DNA of 64,000 nt from Myxococcota bacterium (GTDB lineage: Bacteria; Myxococcota_A; UBA796; UBA2385): assembly GCA_044344255.1 (NCBI GenBank), contig JBIJDH010000004.1, positions 160,001-224,000 of the forward strand. Direction: 5' to 3'. The position numbers and the translations under genes were made by a program. Positions 31,218 through 46,333 of the stretch are shown here, piece by piece (positions within the stretch are counted from its first letter, which is position 1; every line of letters begins with the position of its first letter). The notes under the pieces are model-generated. The model ran no database searches. It was not told the origin of the DNA and saw only the letters and a program-made list of their open reading frames with translations.

Positions 31218-31847
31218 TCAGGGCCGGTAGAGGCCCGGCGGCTGCTGGAGCAACCATCGGGCGTGGCGCAGGGCCCCGATCGCGAAGACCTCCCGTCGGG
31301 TGGCCACGTGCTTGAGCTCGATCCGCTCTCCGGGGCCCGCCAGCCAGACGGTGTGCTCACCCACGGTGTCGCCGACCCGGAGCGCATGGGTGGGTACGGG
31401 GGCGCCGTCCGGGCGCTCGCCGATCGCGCGGAGGATGCGGAGCGCGGTCCCCGAGGGGGCGTCCTTCTTGGCGGCGTGGTGGGCCTCCACGACCTCAATT
31501 TGCCAGCCCTCGGGGAGCCGACCGACCGCGGCGGTGATGAGGTCGAGCAGCAGCGGTACGCCGATCGAGAAGTTGGCCACGATCGCGACCGGAGCGCGCG
31601 CCGCGTAGTCGGCGAGCTCGGCCTCGGGCAGGGCGCCGGTGGTGCCGACGAGCAGGGCCTCGCCGCGGAGGCGCGGCAGCAGCGCGGCGGTGCCCGCGGG
31701 GCTGCTGAGGTCGATGACGACGTCACAGTCGGGGAGCGCTCCCTCGCGGGGGACGGGCAGCCCAGGAGCGGCGCTTTCGGCTAGCTCCGCCATCACGAGG
31801 CGGCCGAGCCGCCCCGTCGCGCCGTGCACCGCGATCCGCGCGCTCAC
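31218..31847 (-). CDS. dapB: 4-hydroxy-tetrahydrodipicolinate reductase
   Basis: GATGRLG, VGTTG, NFSIGV, EAHHAAKKDAPSGTA, GEHTV, FAIGA. Confidence 0.95.
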   Translation of the reverse strand: MSARIAVHGATGRLGRLVMAELAESAAPGLPVPREGALPDCDVVIDLSSPAGTAALLPRLRGEALLVGTTGALPEAELADYAARAPVAIVANFSIGVPLLLDLITAAVGRLPEGWQIEVVEAHHAAKKDAPSGTALRILRAIGERPDGAPVPTHALRVGDTVGEHTVWLAGPGERIELKHVATRREVFAIGALRHARWLLQQPPGLYRP

Positions 31848-32692
31848 TCGAGGCCGGCCAGGAGGGCGGCGGACGGAGGCGTCGCGGGCGACAGCGGCAG
31901 GCGGAGCTCATTACGACACAGGCCCATCGCCGACATCATCGCCTTGACCGGCACGGGGTTCACCTCGGCGAAGAGGGCGCGCACCACCGGCATCAAGCGG
32001 GCGCGGAGGGCGCGGAGCGTGGTGACGTCGCCCCGCTCCGCGGCCGCCGCCCAGGCCACGGTGAGCCGCGGGGCCACGTTGCTCAGCACCGAGATCACGC
32101 CCTGGCCGCCCATCACCATCATCGCGGCGAAGGTGAAGTCGTCCCCCGACAGGATCGCCCGGTCGGTGAGCTCCATCAGGTCTTGCTGGTACTGGATCTC
32201 GCCGGTCGCCTCCTTCACGCCCACCACGCCGGGGAGGTTGCACAGCTCCGCGAGCTGAGCCACGCTGCAGCGGAGGCCGGTGCGGCCGGGGATGTGGTAG
32301 AGCACCAGCGGCAGGCCGACCTTTCGTGCGGCGTCGATGTGGGCGCGGAGCCCCGCCGGGTTCGGCTTGTTGTAGTAGGGGAAGACCACGAGCGCGGCGT
32401 CCGCGCCGAGCCGCCGCGCGGCGGCGATGTTGGACACGGTCCGCGCGGTGCTGTTGGAGCCGCAGCCCGCGATGACGGGCACCCGGCCACGGCTGAGGCG
32501 CACGGTCCGCGCGACGAGGTCGGCCCACTCGTCGTCCTCGAGGGTGGGCGCCTCACCGGTGGTGCCGCAGGGCACGAGGCCGTGGATGCCCGCCGCGATC
32601 TGCCGCTCCAGCAGGGCGTCGAAGCTGGCGGTGTCGAGGGCGCCATCTTCGAAGGGCGTGACGAGGGCCGTGTAGACGCCGGACAGCCGCAT
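31844..32692 (-). CDS. dapA: 4-hydroxy-tetrahydrodipicolinate synthase
   Basis: ALVTPF, GTTGE, PYYNKP, YHIPGRTG, GVKEATG, SGDD, NPVPVK. Confidence 0.96.
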   Translation of the reverse strand: MRLSGVYTALVTPFEDGALDTASFDALLERQIAAGIHGLVPCGTTGEAPTLEDDEWADLVARTVRLSRGRVPVIAGCGSNSTARTVSNIAAARRLGADAALVVFPYYNKPNPAGLRAHIDAARKVGLPLVLYHIPGRTGLRCSVAQLAELCNLPGVVGVKEATGEIQYQQDLMELTDRAILSGDDFTFAAMMVMGGQGVISVLSNVAPRLTVAWAAAAERGDVTTLRALRARLMPVVRALFAEVNPVPVKAMMSAMGLCRNELRLPLSPATPPSAALLAGLE

Positions 32693-32728
32693 GGGGCCTC
32701 TCCTGTCGGGTGGTCCTAGAACTGGGTC

Positions 32729-34135
32729 CTAGAACTGGATCGTGGCCGAGACCTTGCTGCCGAAGGTGGCCTTGTCGAAGGCCCCGTCGAAGGCGTCGGT
32801 CTCGAACTGGCTGTAGAACTTCCCGGGCAGGAACAGCCCCCCGGTGCCCTTCACGGTGAAGTGGGCGTAGGGGCTGTACTGTACGCTGAGGTCGATCTCC
32901 GATCCGTAGCCGGTGTCTGTCTTCGAGCTGGCGTCAGCCTTGGACTGGCGGGCCGCGATGTAGGAGAGGTCGCCGCGGAGGTTGTCGAGGAGCTGGTATC
33001 CGGCGCTCGGGCGGAGGAAGAGCGCGTTGGACACGCTGTAGCCGGTGCGGGCGTAGGCGGTGGTGCGCCCGCCGTTGTCGGCGTTGGACACGTCGGGCTC
33101 GAGCGTGGGCATCGGCTCTTCGAACATCATCAGGGCGACGTCGAAGTCGGGGTCAAAGGTGAAGGTGTGGACGTTCTTGTCAGCGAGGTCCTTGTCGCCG
33201 CCTGCGAAGCCGACGAGCGCGTTGAGGCGCACCTTCCCGGGGTTGAAGCCGAGGCGGAGGTTGCTGCCGAAGGCGCTCACCCGGAGGTCGTTGACGCCCT
33301 CATCGAGGTCACCCCCGCCCACCTGGGCGGCGAACTCGAGGTCGGCCGTGGCGGCGCCGAGCCGGGCGCTGGCCCAGATGTCACCGGTGTAGAGGCGGAA
33401 CTTGGACTCCACCCCCGCGTCGTCGGTGAGCTTGCGCCAGCGGTAGGTGTGGTAGGTGCCGACGCCGACCTGCTCGTTCTGGTAGTAGACCGCGCCGACG
33501 AGGGCCCGATAGTCATCGGGCTCGCTGAGGAAGCCCTCGTAGCGGTTCTCGTAGCCGCCGAGGATGTAGACATCCTTGGCCTTGCCCGTGAACTGGATGC
33601 GATCGGCGGTGTCGCCGAAGTCGGAGTCGGGGGTGTTGCCGGCGTTGAAGACCATCCCGGTGCCCCACTCGACCGGCACGCGGCCGAAGCGGAGCTGGCC
33701 CACCGGGGTCTGCAGCTCACCCCACAGGCGAGTGACCTGGATGTTCTGCAGCGTGCTGCCGCCGTCTTCGGTGGTGGGGGAGGTGAGGGACTCGGCGTAG
33801 ACGACCGGCTCGACCTCCCCGGTGACGGGGTCGGTGCGCTGGGTGGGCTGCTCGCCGAACTTCACGAAGGGCAGCAGATCGACCTGGGTGAAGAGGCCGA
33901 CCTTGTCGCTCAGCAGGAAGCCGGGCTGGAGGCGGAGGTGGTGGTCCCAGTACCAGGCGGCGCCCTCGGGCTGCAGGCCGGTGGCGGGGCTGTCGTCCGA
34001 GAGGGAGAGAGAGTTGAAGCCGTAGCCAGTGGCTCGGTAGTAGCCGTCCCAGACGACCTCCGCAGCGGCGGCGGTGGGCGCGAAGCTGAGGCCGAGGAGG
34101 AGCAGGGGCCAGCGAAGATGAGTGCGGATCGACAA
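32729..34135 (-). CDS. outer-membrane beta-barrel protein (TIGR04551-like / alginate-export-like)
   Basis: TTG start after GGGAGG; signal peptide; [34 protein letters not shown]; alternating beta strands; C-terminal Phe. Confidence 0.78.
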   Translation of the reverse strand: MSIRTHLRWPLLLLGLSFAPTAAAAEVVWDGYYRATGYGFNSLSLSDDSPATGLQPEGAAWYWDHHLRLQPGFLLSDKVGLFTQVDLLPFVKFGEQPTQRTDPVTGEVEPVVYAESLTSPTTEDGGSTLQNIQVTRLWGELQTPVGQLRFGRVPVEWGTGMVFNAGNTPDSDFGDTADRIQFTGKAKDVYILGGYENRYEGFLSEPDDYRALVGAVYYQNEQVGVGTYHTYRWRKLTDDAGVESKFRLYTGDIWASARLGAATADLEFAAQVGGGDLDEGVNDLRVSAFGSNLRLGFNPGKVRLNALVGFAGGDKDLADKNVHTFTFDPDFDVALMMFEEPMPTLEPDVSNADNGGRTTAYARTGYSVSNALFLRPSAGYQLLDNLRGDLSYIAARQSKADASSKTDTGYGSEIDLSVQYSPYAHFTVKGTGGLFLPGKFYSQFETDAFDGAFDKATFGSKVSATIQF

Positions 34136-34277
34136 GGCCCGAGCCTCCCGGGGAGTGGGGCGCTGGCCTAGCACGGGCTCCCCCGTACGGCAAAGCGCAG
34201 ACCGGGCCAAACCCCGGTCCGTCCCGGTTTCGTCCCGCCCGAGCCCAGCCCCGGGGAAGGGAGGGAGCGCGGCCGCT

Positions 34278-35693
34278 TCAGCGGGCGCCGACCCCGAAGA
34301 GCACGACGGGCACGGTGCGGAGGAGGAGCTTGACGTCGAGCAGCAGGGACCAGTTGTCGATGTACTCGAGGTCGAGCTTCATCCAGGTCTCAAAGTCGAT
34401 GTTGTTGCGGCCCGAGACCTGCCAGATGCAGGTGATGCCGGGCTTCATCGAGAGGCGACGGAGCTGCCACCGCTCGTACTTCTCGGTCTCGGCCGGCAGC
34501 GGCGGGCGCGGGCCGACGAGGCTCATCTCGCCGATGAACACGTTCCAGAACTGCGGCAGCTCGTCGATGCTGGTCTTGCGGATGAAGGCGCCGAAGCGGG
34601 TGATTCGAGGGTCTGCGGCGATCTTGAAGACCGGGCCGCTCATCTCGTTCATGTGCTCGAGCTCGCGCCGTCGGGCCTCGGCGTCGATCACCATGCTCCG
34701 GAATTTGAGCATCTTGAAGCGTCGCCCGTAGAGCCCCGAGCGCTCCTGGGCGAAGAGCACCGGGCCGCGGTCCTGGTACTTGACGACGGCGGCCACCCCG
34801 ATGAAGACCGGGGTGAGCGCGAGCAAGGCGAGGCCGGAGAGCACCACGTCCATCATGCGCTTGACGGCGAGGGCGGTGGTGTCGGTGGGGGTGGCGGAGA
34901 AGGTGAGCACGCCCGAGCCGTCGAAGTCGTCGAGCTGCACGCGGGCGGTCTTCAGGCCGAGGAAGTTCGCGTCCATCGAGAAACGAACGCCAAGCTCCTC
35001 GCAAGAGTCTGCGATGAAGCGGAGAGACTCGACGTCCCAGGTGCGCCCGGTGAGGAAGACCTGATCGACCGTCTCTCGTTCGAGGACGCGGGGGAGATCG
35101 GGCAGCGCGCCGAGGATCGGCAGGGGCGAAGTGATGCGCCCCTGATCGACCCAGATGAAGCCGATCACCCGGATGCCCCAGTGCTGATGCCGCTCGAGGG
35201 CCGAGATCAGCGGCCGGGCCTCGCTCGCGTTGCCGACGATGAGCAGGTTCCAGCTCCCGGACTTGGCCAACCACCGGCGCATCGCGTGGTTGAGGGCGAG
35301 CCGAGCCAGGAAGACGGTGGGCGCGTTGACCGCCGTGAAGGCCGCGACCAGCGATCGACTCGCGAAGTCGATGCGCAGCGTGAACAAGACCCCCATGAAC
35401 AAGAGGGTCGCGAGGACAGTCGCCTTGCTGATCTGCCAGAAGAGCTCGCGCTGGGGGGTGCGGCGAGGGTCCTCGTAGGTGCGCATGCGCCGCAGGGCGA
35501 GCAGCATGGCGCCCACGATGAAGACGACCAGCGTGGCGTGGCGGCCGACGGACAGGCCCTGGAAGATGGAGGGGCCGGGGAAGAGATCGAAGGTCCAGAT
35601 GTCACGAAACCAAGCTCGAAGCCAGGAGAGCCCGATCCAGGTGGTCGCGACTACCGCCGCGTCCGTGGCCGCGGCGGCGATGCGGTAGTTCAT
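34278..35693 (-). CDS. polyprenyl-phosphate hexose-1-phosphate (priming) transferase, WcaJ/WbaP-like
   Basis: Four N-terminal TMs; [68 protein letters not shown]. Confidence 0.93.
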   Translation of the reverse strand: MNYRIAAAATDAAVVATTWIGLSWLRAWFRDIWTFDLFPGPSIFQGLSVGRHATLVVFIVGAMLLALRRMRTYEDPRRTPQRELFWQISKATVLATLLFMGVLFTLRIDFASRSLVAAFTAVNAPTVFLARLALNHAMRRWLAKSGSWNLLIVGNASEARPLISALERHQHWGIRVIGFIWVDQGRITSPLPILGALPDLPRVLERETVDQVFLTGRTWDVESLRFIADSCEELGVRFSMDANFLGLKTARVQLDDFDGSGVLTFSATPTDTTALAVKRMMDVVLSGLALLALTPVFIGVAAVVKYQDRGPVLFAQERSGLYGRRFKMLKFRSMVIDAEARRRELEHMNEMSGPVFKIAADPRITRFGAFIRKTSIDELPQFWNVFIGEMSLVGPRPPLPAETEKYERWQLRRLSMKPGITCIWQVSGRNNIDFETWMKLDLEYIDNWSLLLDVKLLLRTVPVVLFGVGAR

Positions 35694-35889
35694 GAGTCGG
35701 TCGCGAAACAAGGCCCCCCCGTGAGACCTGAAGGTAGCCCCGCAGTGTAGACGGTGCACCGGGTCTCGCTTGACGTGGCGGTAAAAATGCGTCACCCAGG
35801 ACCGCGAGCCGGGCACCGCCGCCGACCTGGGGGCTGGGTGTCTCGGCGCCGCCGAGCGGCCCCACGGTCGGGCAGCCAGGAGGGGAGTG

Positions 35890-36750
35890 ATGACGCAGCA
35901 GAGGGACAGCGGGGGCGCCTTCTCCGTGGGAAGCCGGGGGCTCCACGCGGTGCCGGTCGGGGGAGGCGCCCCGTTGGTGCTGATCGCCGGCCCCTGTGTG
36001 ATCGAGAGCGAGGAGGGGGTCAACCGGGTCGCCGAAGCCCTCGTGGCGCTCTGCGGGCGGCTCGGCCTGCCGCTCATCTTCAAGGCCAGCTTCGACAAGG
36101 CCAACCGGAGCTCGCTCGACGCCTTCCGAGGCCCCGGTCTCATCGAAGGGATGCGGATCCTGGGAGACCTGCGCGCGCGGCTGCGGCTCCCGGTCACGAC
36201 GGACATCCACGCGCCCGATCAGGCCGCACCGGTCGCTGAGGTGGTCGACCTGCTGCAGATCCCCGCCTTCCTCTGCCGGCAGACTGACCTGCTGGTCGCC
36301 GCGGCAGCCACCGGCGCGCCGGTCAACCTCAAGAAGGGGCAGTTCGTCGCCCCGGTCGACATGGGGCCGGCCCTCCATAAGCTCCGGGCCTCCGGCGCGG
36401 GGGGGGTGATGCTCACCGAGCGCGGCGCCACCTTCGGTTACCGCGATCTTGTGGTCGACATGCGCGCGCTCCCCACCCTGCGCGGCCTCGGCGCGCCGGT
36501 CTGCTTCGACGCGACCCACTCTGTCCAGCAGCCCGGGGCCCTCGGGGACCGGACGGGCGGGCGACGCGACCTCGTCCCCACCCTCGCCCGCGCCGCCGCC
36601 GCCGTCGGCATCGACGCCCTCTTCATGGAGGTGCACGAAGATCCCGACCGCGCCTTGTCCGACGGGCCCAATATGGTGCCGCTGGCCGAGCTCGAAGCCC
36701 TGCTCCGCGCCGTGATGGCCGTCGATCAGGCCGTCCGCGCCAACCCGTGA
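35890..36750 (+). CDS. kdsA: KDO-8-phosphate synthase
   Basis: [60 protein letters not shown]. Confidence 0.97.
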   Translation: MTQQRDSGGAFSVGSRGLHAVPVGGGAPLVLIAGPCVIESEEGVNRVAEALVALCGRLGLPLIFKASFDKANRSSLDAFRGPGLIEGMRILGDLRARLRLPVTTDIHAPDQAAPVAEVVDLLQIPAFLCRQTDLLVAAAATGAPVNLKKGQFVAPVDMGPALHKLRASGAGGVMLTERGATFGYRDLVVDMRALPTLRGLGAPVCFDATHSVQQPGALGDRTGGRRDLVPTLARAAAAVGIDALFMEVHEDPDRALSDGPNMVPLAELEALLRAVMAVDQAVRANP

Positions 36751-36762
36751 GCCCGGGTTCGC

Positions 36763-37347
36763 TCAGGCCTGGACGGGGCGGCCCTTCGCGTCGTTGATCG
36801 CCGGGTACTTCGACGGATCGTCGGTCCAATGGATGCAGGTGACCGGACAGGCGTCGATCGCGTCTTGGATGAGGTCCATCGCCCCCTCCTGCCGGTAGGC
36901 GACGGCCTTGGCGTCATCGGGGAGGACGAAGACGGCGTCGGTGTTCTCGACGCATGTGCCACAATTGATACACTCCCACTGGTCTACGATGAGCGTGAGG
37001 CCGGCTGCCTTGGCGCGGGCCGACTCGTTGTCGATCGGGCCCCAGTAGAGGCCGCCGTCTTCGGCCTGCCGGAGCCCGCCCACGGCGGGGGCGCCCTTGG
37101 CCCCGGAGGTGAAGGAGGCGGCCCGTGGGGCCGGCGGCGCGGCGACCACCGGCGCGACGACGACGGGCGCGACGATGACGGGCGCGACGACGACGGGTGC
37201 GACGACCACCGGCGCGACGACCACGGGCGCGACGGGGCGCACCGTGGGGACGGGCGCTGGCGGCGGGGCCGGCGCCGCTGGGCGAGGCGCGGGTGCGGCG
37301 CGGCCGAGCGCGCTGTTCAGCCTGTCTTTGACGAGCTTGCGGAGCAT
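36763..37347 (-). CDS. ferredoxin with N-terminal Pro/Val-rich extension
   Basis: CINCGTC..CPVTCIHW Fe-S motif; (APVVV)n linker. Confidence 0.85.
   Translation of the reverse strand: MLRKLVKDRLNSALGRAAPAPRPAAPAPPPAPVPTVRPVAPVVVAPVVVAPVVVAPVIVAPVVVAPVVAAPPAPRAASFTSGAKGAPAVGGLRQAEDGGLYWGPIDNESARAKAAGLTLIVDQWECINCGTCVENTDAVFVLPDDAKAVAYRQEGAMDLIQDAIDACPVTCIHWTDDPSKYPAINDAKGRPVQA
37140..37240 (-). repeat. 15-bp intragenic tandem repeat (APVVV, about 6 units)
   Basis: ggcgcgacgacgacg-type units; boundaries approximate. Confidence 0.75.
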
Positions 37348-37447
37348 GGGTCACCCGGGGCGGCGTTAACCCGATGGGTCGGCAGGACCAGCCCGCCCGT
37401 GGTCCGGCGCTCAGGCGCAGGTGCTCGACCCACCGTTCCGAGGGACC

Positions 37448-37861
37448 TCAGCGCGGCGGCGCCACCCGCCGCCAGTCGTCGGTGTGGAGCCGCACGAGGC
37501 GCCGGCGGGCCACGTCGGCGGCGGACTGGGTGTAGATCCAGGCGGGTACTCGATCCTCACCCACCCACACCGTCACCCGCTCGCGGATGTAGAGCCCGTC
37601 CGCGACGCCCTCGAAGTGGTCGAGCACGCTCAGCAGGCCCGCCTGCGGCAGGCGCACGAGCTCCCCCTGGATGGCGGTGGCGCTGGGATCGGGCACCAGG
37701 ACGGGGTATCCGGCGGGCAGGCGGAAGAGCCGGCCAGGGAGGCGGGCGGGTCGCACGGGCATCCCGGCGAGGTAGCCCTCGTTTGGCTGGCCCCGCATGA
37801 GGCTCCCGTAGACGAAGAGATCGAGCAGCTGCGATGATCGGGCGGGGGCGGCCGGGCGCAT
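37448..37861 (-). CDS. gamma-glutamylcyclotransferase (AIG2-like) family protein
   Basis: LFVYGSLMRG, GYPVL, IQGELV, LDHFEG..Y.R, AWIY. Confidence 0.88.
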   Translation of the reverse strand: MRPAAPARSSQLLDLFVYGSLMRGQPNEGYLAGMPVRPARLPGRLFRLPAGYPVLVPDPSATAIQGELVRLPQAGLLSVLDHFEGVADGLYIRERVTVWVGEDRVPAWIYTQSAADVARRRLVRLHTDDWRRVAPPR

Positions 37862-37923
37862 CGATGGACTCCGAGCCGGGGATCCCCGGGAAGAGATGCT
37901 CAGGTAATGCATCAAGGGCTGGG

Positions 37924-37952
37924 TTGACAGGTCCCCCTGAACAGCCTAGAAT
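37924..37952 (+). promoter_or_regulatory. sigma70-type promoter
   Basis: TTGACA-17 nt-TAGAAT upstream of the 38008 gene, ligA and acyP. Confidence 0.8.
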
Positions 37953-38007
37953 CGGCGTTGCTGCTCGCCCGGCCGATTCGGAGGTCGTGGCCGCTGAGGG
38001 AGGGTCC

Positions 38008-39015
38008 ATGTCGCGCTTAGCCCGTCGCATCCGGATCGGTGTCCGCCGCGAAGAGCCAAGGGTAGACGCTGAACAGCGCGCGATTGACGCCGCGCTGCGC
38101 GGCCGCACGGCGCGGAAGGTGCGCGCGCACCTCCGCCGGATGGAGTCCCTCGTGGTGCTCGCCCCCCGCTGGAGCGCCACCAGCCAGTTCCTCGAAGATC
38201 TCGCCCTTGACCTCGCGGTCGGCGAGCCGGCGGTCGGCTGCCGCACCGTCAGCTTTCGGCCCCTCAAGGGCCGGAGCGTGGCCGAGGCCTGGCAGTTCAC
38301 GCTCCAGATCTTCGGTCAGCTCGGTCACCGCGGCTGGCGGCCGAGCAGCCTGCCCACGGTGGCCGATCGCCGCGGCTTCCGCTGGGCGATGGAGCAGCTC
38401 CTCGAGGAGGCCCACCGGGGCAGCCGCCACCGTGTCGCCCTGCTCGCCCACGGCGCCGAGCACCTGCCGATGGAGATCACCGAAGATCTCACCGCCGTCT
38501 GGGGCGACTACGTGGGCCGCCACCCGGAGGGCCGGCGCTGCGCGGTCCTGCTCAGCGGCGCCTCCTCGGCGCGCTGGCTCAGCATCGGGGACGCCCCCCG
38601 CATCGAGCTCACCGACTTTGGGGAGGGGGAGGCCGCGGCGGCGATCGTCGGCCGGGCCGGCCCCCTGCCGATGCGCCAGCTCGAGCTCGCCGTGCGCTTC
38701 TCCGGTGGGGTCCCCGGCCTCGTCGAGGCCCTCGGTCGCGAGGCCCGCAGCTCCGGGCGCCTGCCCATGCGGCGGGAGGAGCTCCTCGGCTGCCTCGGCC
38801 CGCTGGGCGTCGAGATGCGGAGCGCCGTCGACATCGTCGCCGCGCACGATGAGCTCTCCGATCGGCTCCAAGAGCTGCTCCCGGGCGAGCCGATCCCCGA
38901 AGTGGAAGAGGTGGACACCCCGCTCGTGCTCGCCGGCCTCGTCCGTCGCGTCCGCGGGGGGCTCGAGCCCCACGTCACGCTGCGCGCCCCGGCCATCGCC
39001 GCCCTCGTCGGCTGA
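38008..39015 (+). CDS. hypothetical protein, degenerate P-loop/AAA-like
   Basis: GGGAGG RBS; LVVLAPRWSATSQF at a Walker-A-like position; FSGGVPGLV GxP-like motif. Confidence 0.65.
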   Translation: MSRLARRIRIGVRREEPRVDAEQRAIDAALRGRTARKVRAHLRRMESLVVLAPRWSATSQFLEDLALDLAVGEPAVGCRTVSFRPLKGRSVAEAWQFTLQIFGQLGHRGWRPSSLPTVADRRGFRWAMEQLLEEAHRGSRHRVALLAHGAEHLPMEITEDLTAVWGDYVGRHPEGRRCAVLLSGASSARWLSIGDAPRIELTDFGEGEAAAAIVGRAGPLPMRQLELAVRFSGGVPGLVEALGREARSSGRLPMRREELLGCLGPLGVEMRSAVDIVAAHDELSDRLQELLPGEPIPEVEEVDTPLVLAGLVRRVRGGLEPHVTLRAPAIAALVG

Positions 39016-41484
<2,469 letters not shown>

Positions 41485-41504
<20 letters not shown>

Positions 41505-42348
41505 CCCCCCGTCATCCTTCCGCGGTCGCCTCGCCCGGCGAGGCCTCGGTCTGCTGGGGCTGGCGGCGCTAGCCGGCGGCTGCGCCGAGCCCCAGAGCGT
41601 CCTCCTGCCGCGGCTGCTCGAGGCCTGGAGCCAGGAGGCCGCCGACATCGCCTCGCCCTCGGTCACCGCCGCCCTCGTCATGGGCGGCCTCGCGACCGAT
41701 CTCTGCGTGCGGGCCACCACGGGCACCGCCGAGGCCTTCGTCGTCGGTCAGCCGCCCCCCCTCGATCCGCTGCTGGTCGCTGCGATGGGCGATCCCGTGG
41801 TGGCCTCTCTCGAGACCTTCGGCAACGGCTCGATCGAGGTGCTGCTCATCGGCGTCTCGATCATGGATCGGGAGAGCGCGACGGTGCGGTATGTCACCAC
41901 GCCCGGCGCGGGGAGCTTCTCGGTCGAGGCCGTCACCATGGACGGCAAGCTCTCCGACGAAGACGTGATCTCCGGCACTCCCTTCGGCCGCATCGCGGTG
42001 ACGGTCGACAACGACTGCCAGCCGGGCTCGAACCGGGTGCAGGGCAGCGCCAAGTGGACCGACCTCGCGGGGCGCGCCCAGGCGGTGGAGATGCCCGCCG
42101 AGGAGTCCCTGTCGCAGGGCGTCGGCTTCGGCACCGACCCGCCTTGGATCCCGGCGGTCGGCACCCTCTCTTGGACCGGCCGCCTCGAGGATCAGGACCG
42201 CACCGTCACCACCATCGACGCCGCCGACATCGTCGTCGAGGAGACCACCGAGGTGGTGCCGGAGGCCATCTGGCCCGCCACCACCCTCGGGGAGGCCGAC
42301 CAGGGGGAGGAGTGGGAGCAGGCCTCGACCCTGTGGATCTCGCCCTGA
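41485..42348 (+). CDS. hypothetical lipoprotein
   Basis: RRGLGLLGLAALAGGC lipobox; beta-rich acidic body. Confidence 0.7.
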
Positions 42349-42376
42349 TCGGCCACGCCGGCCGCCCAACGACCGC

Positions 42377-43135
42377 TCAGTCGCGCTTGCGGCCCACGTG
42401 GAGCCCGAGGGGGTAGCGCACGCTCTTCAACATGCCGAGCAAGGCCATGATCTCCTCGGACTCGAGATCGGCGCGGCCGAGCAGCCGGAACATCGTGCTC
42501 TGAACCTGCTCGGCGCTCCGCCCCTTGAGGTAGCCGGTGTGCTCCAGCACCTCCATTGCCTCTCGGGTGACCCGGTCGCGGTGCTCCGCCGGGGCGCGCG
42601 GGGCGCGGGGCGGCGCCGTCGCCGAGCGCGCGACGGAGGCCGCGGCGGCGAGCGAGGCCGCGCAGACGGTCACCGCCTGGCCGAGGTTCAGAGAGGCGTG
42701 GCCGGCGGTGGGCAGCACGAGCATCGCGTCCACCCGCAGCAAGTCCTCATTCGAGAGGCCGCTGTCCTCCGGGCCGAAGAGGATCGCGGTGGGGACCGGC
42801 GCCGCCAGCAGCGTGCCTTGCAGCTCGGACGGCCCCCAACGTGGCCAGGTCCAGCGCCGCCAGCGCCCGGAGGTGGCGACGACGCGCTCGCGATCCGCGA
42901 CCGCCTCGGCGACGGTGCGGACAAAGCGGGCCTGATCGATCACCTCGTGGGCACCTGGGGCCATCCAGCGGGCCCGCTCGGGGTCGAAGCCCGGGGGATC
43001 GACCAGCACGAGGCGGCCGAGGCCGTGGTTGGCGATCGCGCGTGCCGCGGTGCCCACATTGGAGGGCTGCTGGGGGCGGACGAGCACGATGGAGACGTGA
43101 TCGAGGGGCCCCCCTTCGGGGCCGAGCGCCGTCAC
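42377..43135 (-). CDS. trmJ: SPOUT RNA methyltransferase, TrmJ/LasT family
   Basis: IVLVRP..NVGTAARA, AILFGPEDSGLSNE, SLNLGQAV. Confidence 0.85.
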   Translation of the reverse strand: MTALGPEGGPLDHVSIVLVRPQQPSNVGTAARAIANHGLGRLVLVDPPGFDPERARWMAPGAHEVIDQARFVRTVAEAVADRERVVATSGRWRRWTWPRWGPSELQGTLLAAPVPTAILFGPEDSGLSNEDLLRVDAMLVLPTAGHASLNLGQAVTVCAASLAAAASVARSATAPPRAPRAPAEHRDRVTREAMEVLEHTGYLKGRSAEQVQSTMFRLLGRADLESEEIMALLGMLKSVRYPLGLHVGRKRD

Positions 43136-43136
43136 C

Positions 43137-45029
<1,893 letters not shown>

Positions 45030-45105
45030 GAACCAAACCCACCAGCTTTTAGGCCGGCTGCGAGGGGATGCCCCTGCAAGCCGACAGGGTCTACGAAAGT
45101 ATGGC

Positions 45106-46293
45106 CTAAGTCGTGCTCCCGCCTTTCGCCACCAGCAGGATCTTCGCATCCTGACGGTCTCTGCTCCGCTCCACCGCGCTCGCCGCTCGAGAGAGGGGGA
45201 GGCGACAGCTCACCATCTCACGGATGGGGAGGCGGTCGTGGGCGAGGAGCCGGAGGATGTGGGGGAAGACCCCACCCCCCGCGTGCCCTCGCGCGCCTAC
45301 GATACAGGAGGCGAGCGAGACAAGCACGTCCAGCATCACCGGCGCCCGCTCGCCGGTGCGGCCGAGGTAGACGACCTTCCCGGCCGGCGCGAGGCCGCGC
45401 TCGATCCAGGGGAGCGTTTGTGTGGCGGCTCCTGCGGCCTCCACCACCATGTCGGCCCCCCAGCCGGCGCTGATCCGGCGGAGCTCCTCGGCGGGATCGC
45501 CCCCGCCCGCGAGCAGGGCGCCGAGATCGATCGCCTCGTCAGCGCCGAGCTGGCGGGCGACCGCGAGGCGGGGGTTGGAGTAGTCCCAGGCTTGGATCGT
45601 CGCTGCCCCTGCGGCCCGGGCGAGGGCGATCGCGCCGAGGCCGATCGGGCCGCAGCCGAAGACCACGACGTGGCTCCCCGGGAGCATGCCGCCCGCGGCG
45701 ATGAACATGCCGTTGAAGGCGCAGCCGACCGGCTCGACGAGGCTCGCCAACTCGCAGGCGACCTCGGCGCTGCCCACCCGTTCGGCCAGCGGGTTGATCG
45801 TCCAGCAGTGCTTCTCGTGCACGGTGATCAGATCCGCATAGGCGCCTGGGCTGGAGAAGCCCACCATGTCGAGGCGGATGCACTGGTTGAACAGACCCTT
45901 TCGGCAGGCTTCGCAGACCCCGCAGTAGAGCATGCCTTCGGCGGTGACGAGGTCGCCGCGGGAGAGAGCTCGGACACCAGGGCCGACCGCCACCACCTCT
46001 CCGGCGTACTCGTGGCCGAGGACGCAGGGGAAGCGGGCGGGGCCCGAGAAGCGGACGTAGCCCTCGGCGTCGGTCTCGAGGCAGTGGGTGTCGGAGCCGC
46101 AGACCCCGCAGACCCTCACCGCCACCACCACCTCGCCGGGCCCGGGGGTCGGATCCGGCAGCGTGATCGACTCGAGGCGGGGCCGGCGCCAGACCTGGCT
46201 GGCCATGCGGGCCTTCTGGCTCCGCAGTTCGTCTTCGGTGACCCGATAGCCCTCTCGGGGCGCCCAGTCGGCCAGGAGCTGCACGGCGTTCAT
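45106..46293 (-). CDS. Zn-dependent dehydrogenase, scyllo-inosose 3-dehydrogenase (IolM)-like
   Basis: CGVCGSD, GHE, CGVCEAC..C structural Zn site, GCGPIG; N-terminal extension (W.PR..SQVWR.P) recalls Thermotoga IolM. Confidence 0.75.
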   Translation of the reverse strand: MNAVQLLADWAPREGYRVTEDELRSQKARMASQVWRRPRLESITLPDPTPGPGEVVVAVRVCGVCGSDTHCLETDAEGYVRFSGPARFPCVLGHEYAGEVVAVGPGVRALSRGDLVTAEGMLYCGVCEACRKGLFNQCIRLDMVGFSSPGAYADLITVHEKHCWTINPLAERVGSAEVACELASLVEPVGCAFNGMFIAAGGMLPGSHVVVFGCGPIGLGAIALARAAGAATIQAWDYSNPRLAVARQLGADEAIDLGALLAGGGDPAEELRRISAGWGADMVVEAAGAATQTLPWIERGLAPAGKVVYLGRTGERAPVMLDVLVSLASCIVGARGHAGGGVFPHILRLLAHDRLPIREMVSCRLPLSRAASAVERSRDRQDAKILLVAKGGSTT

Positions 46294-46333
46294 GGCGGGT
46301 AGCCTAGGCGCGGCGGAGCCCGATGTCGAGGGG

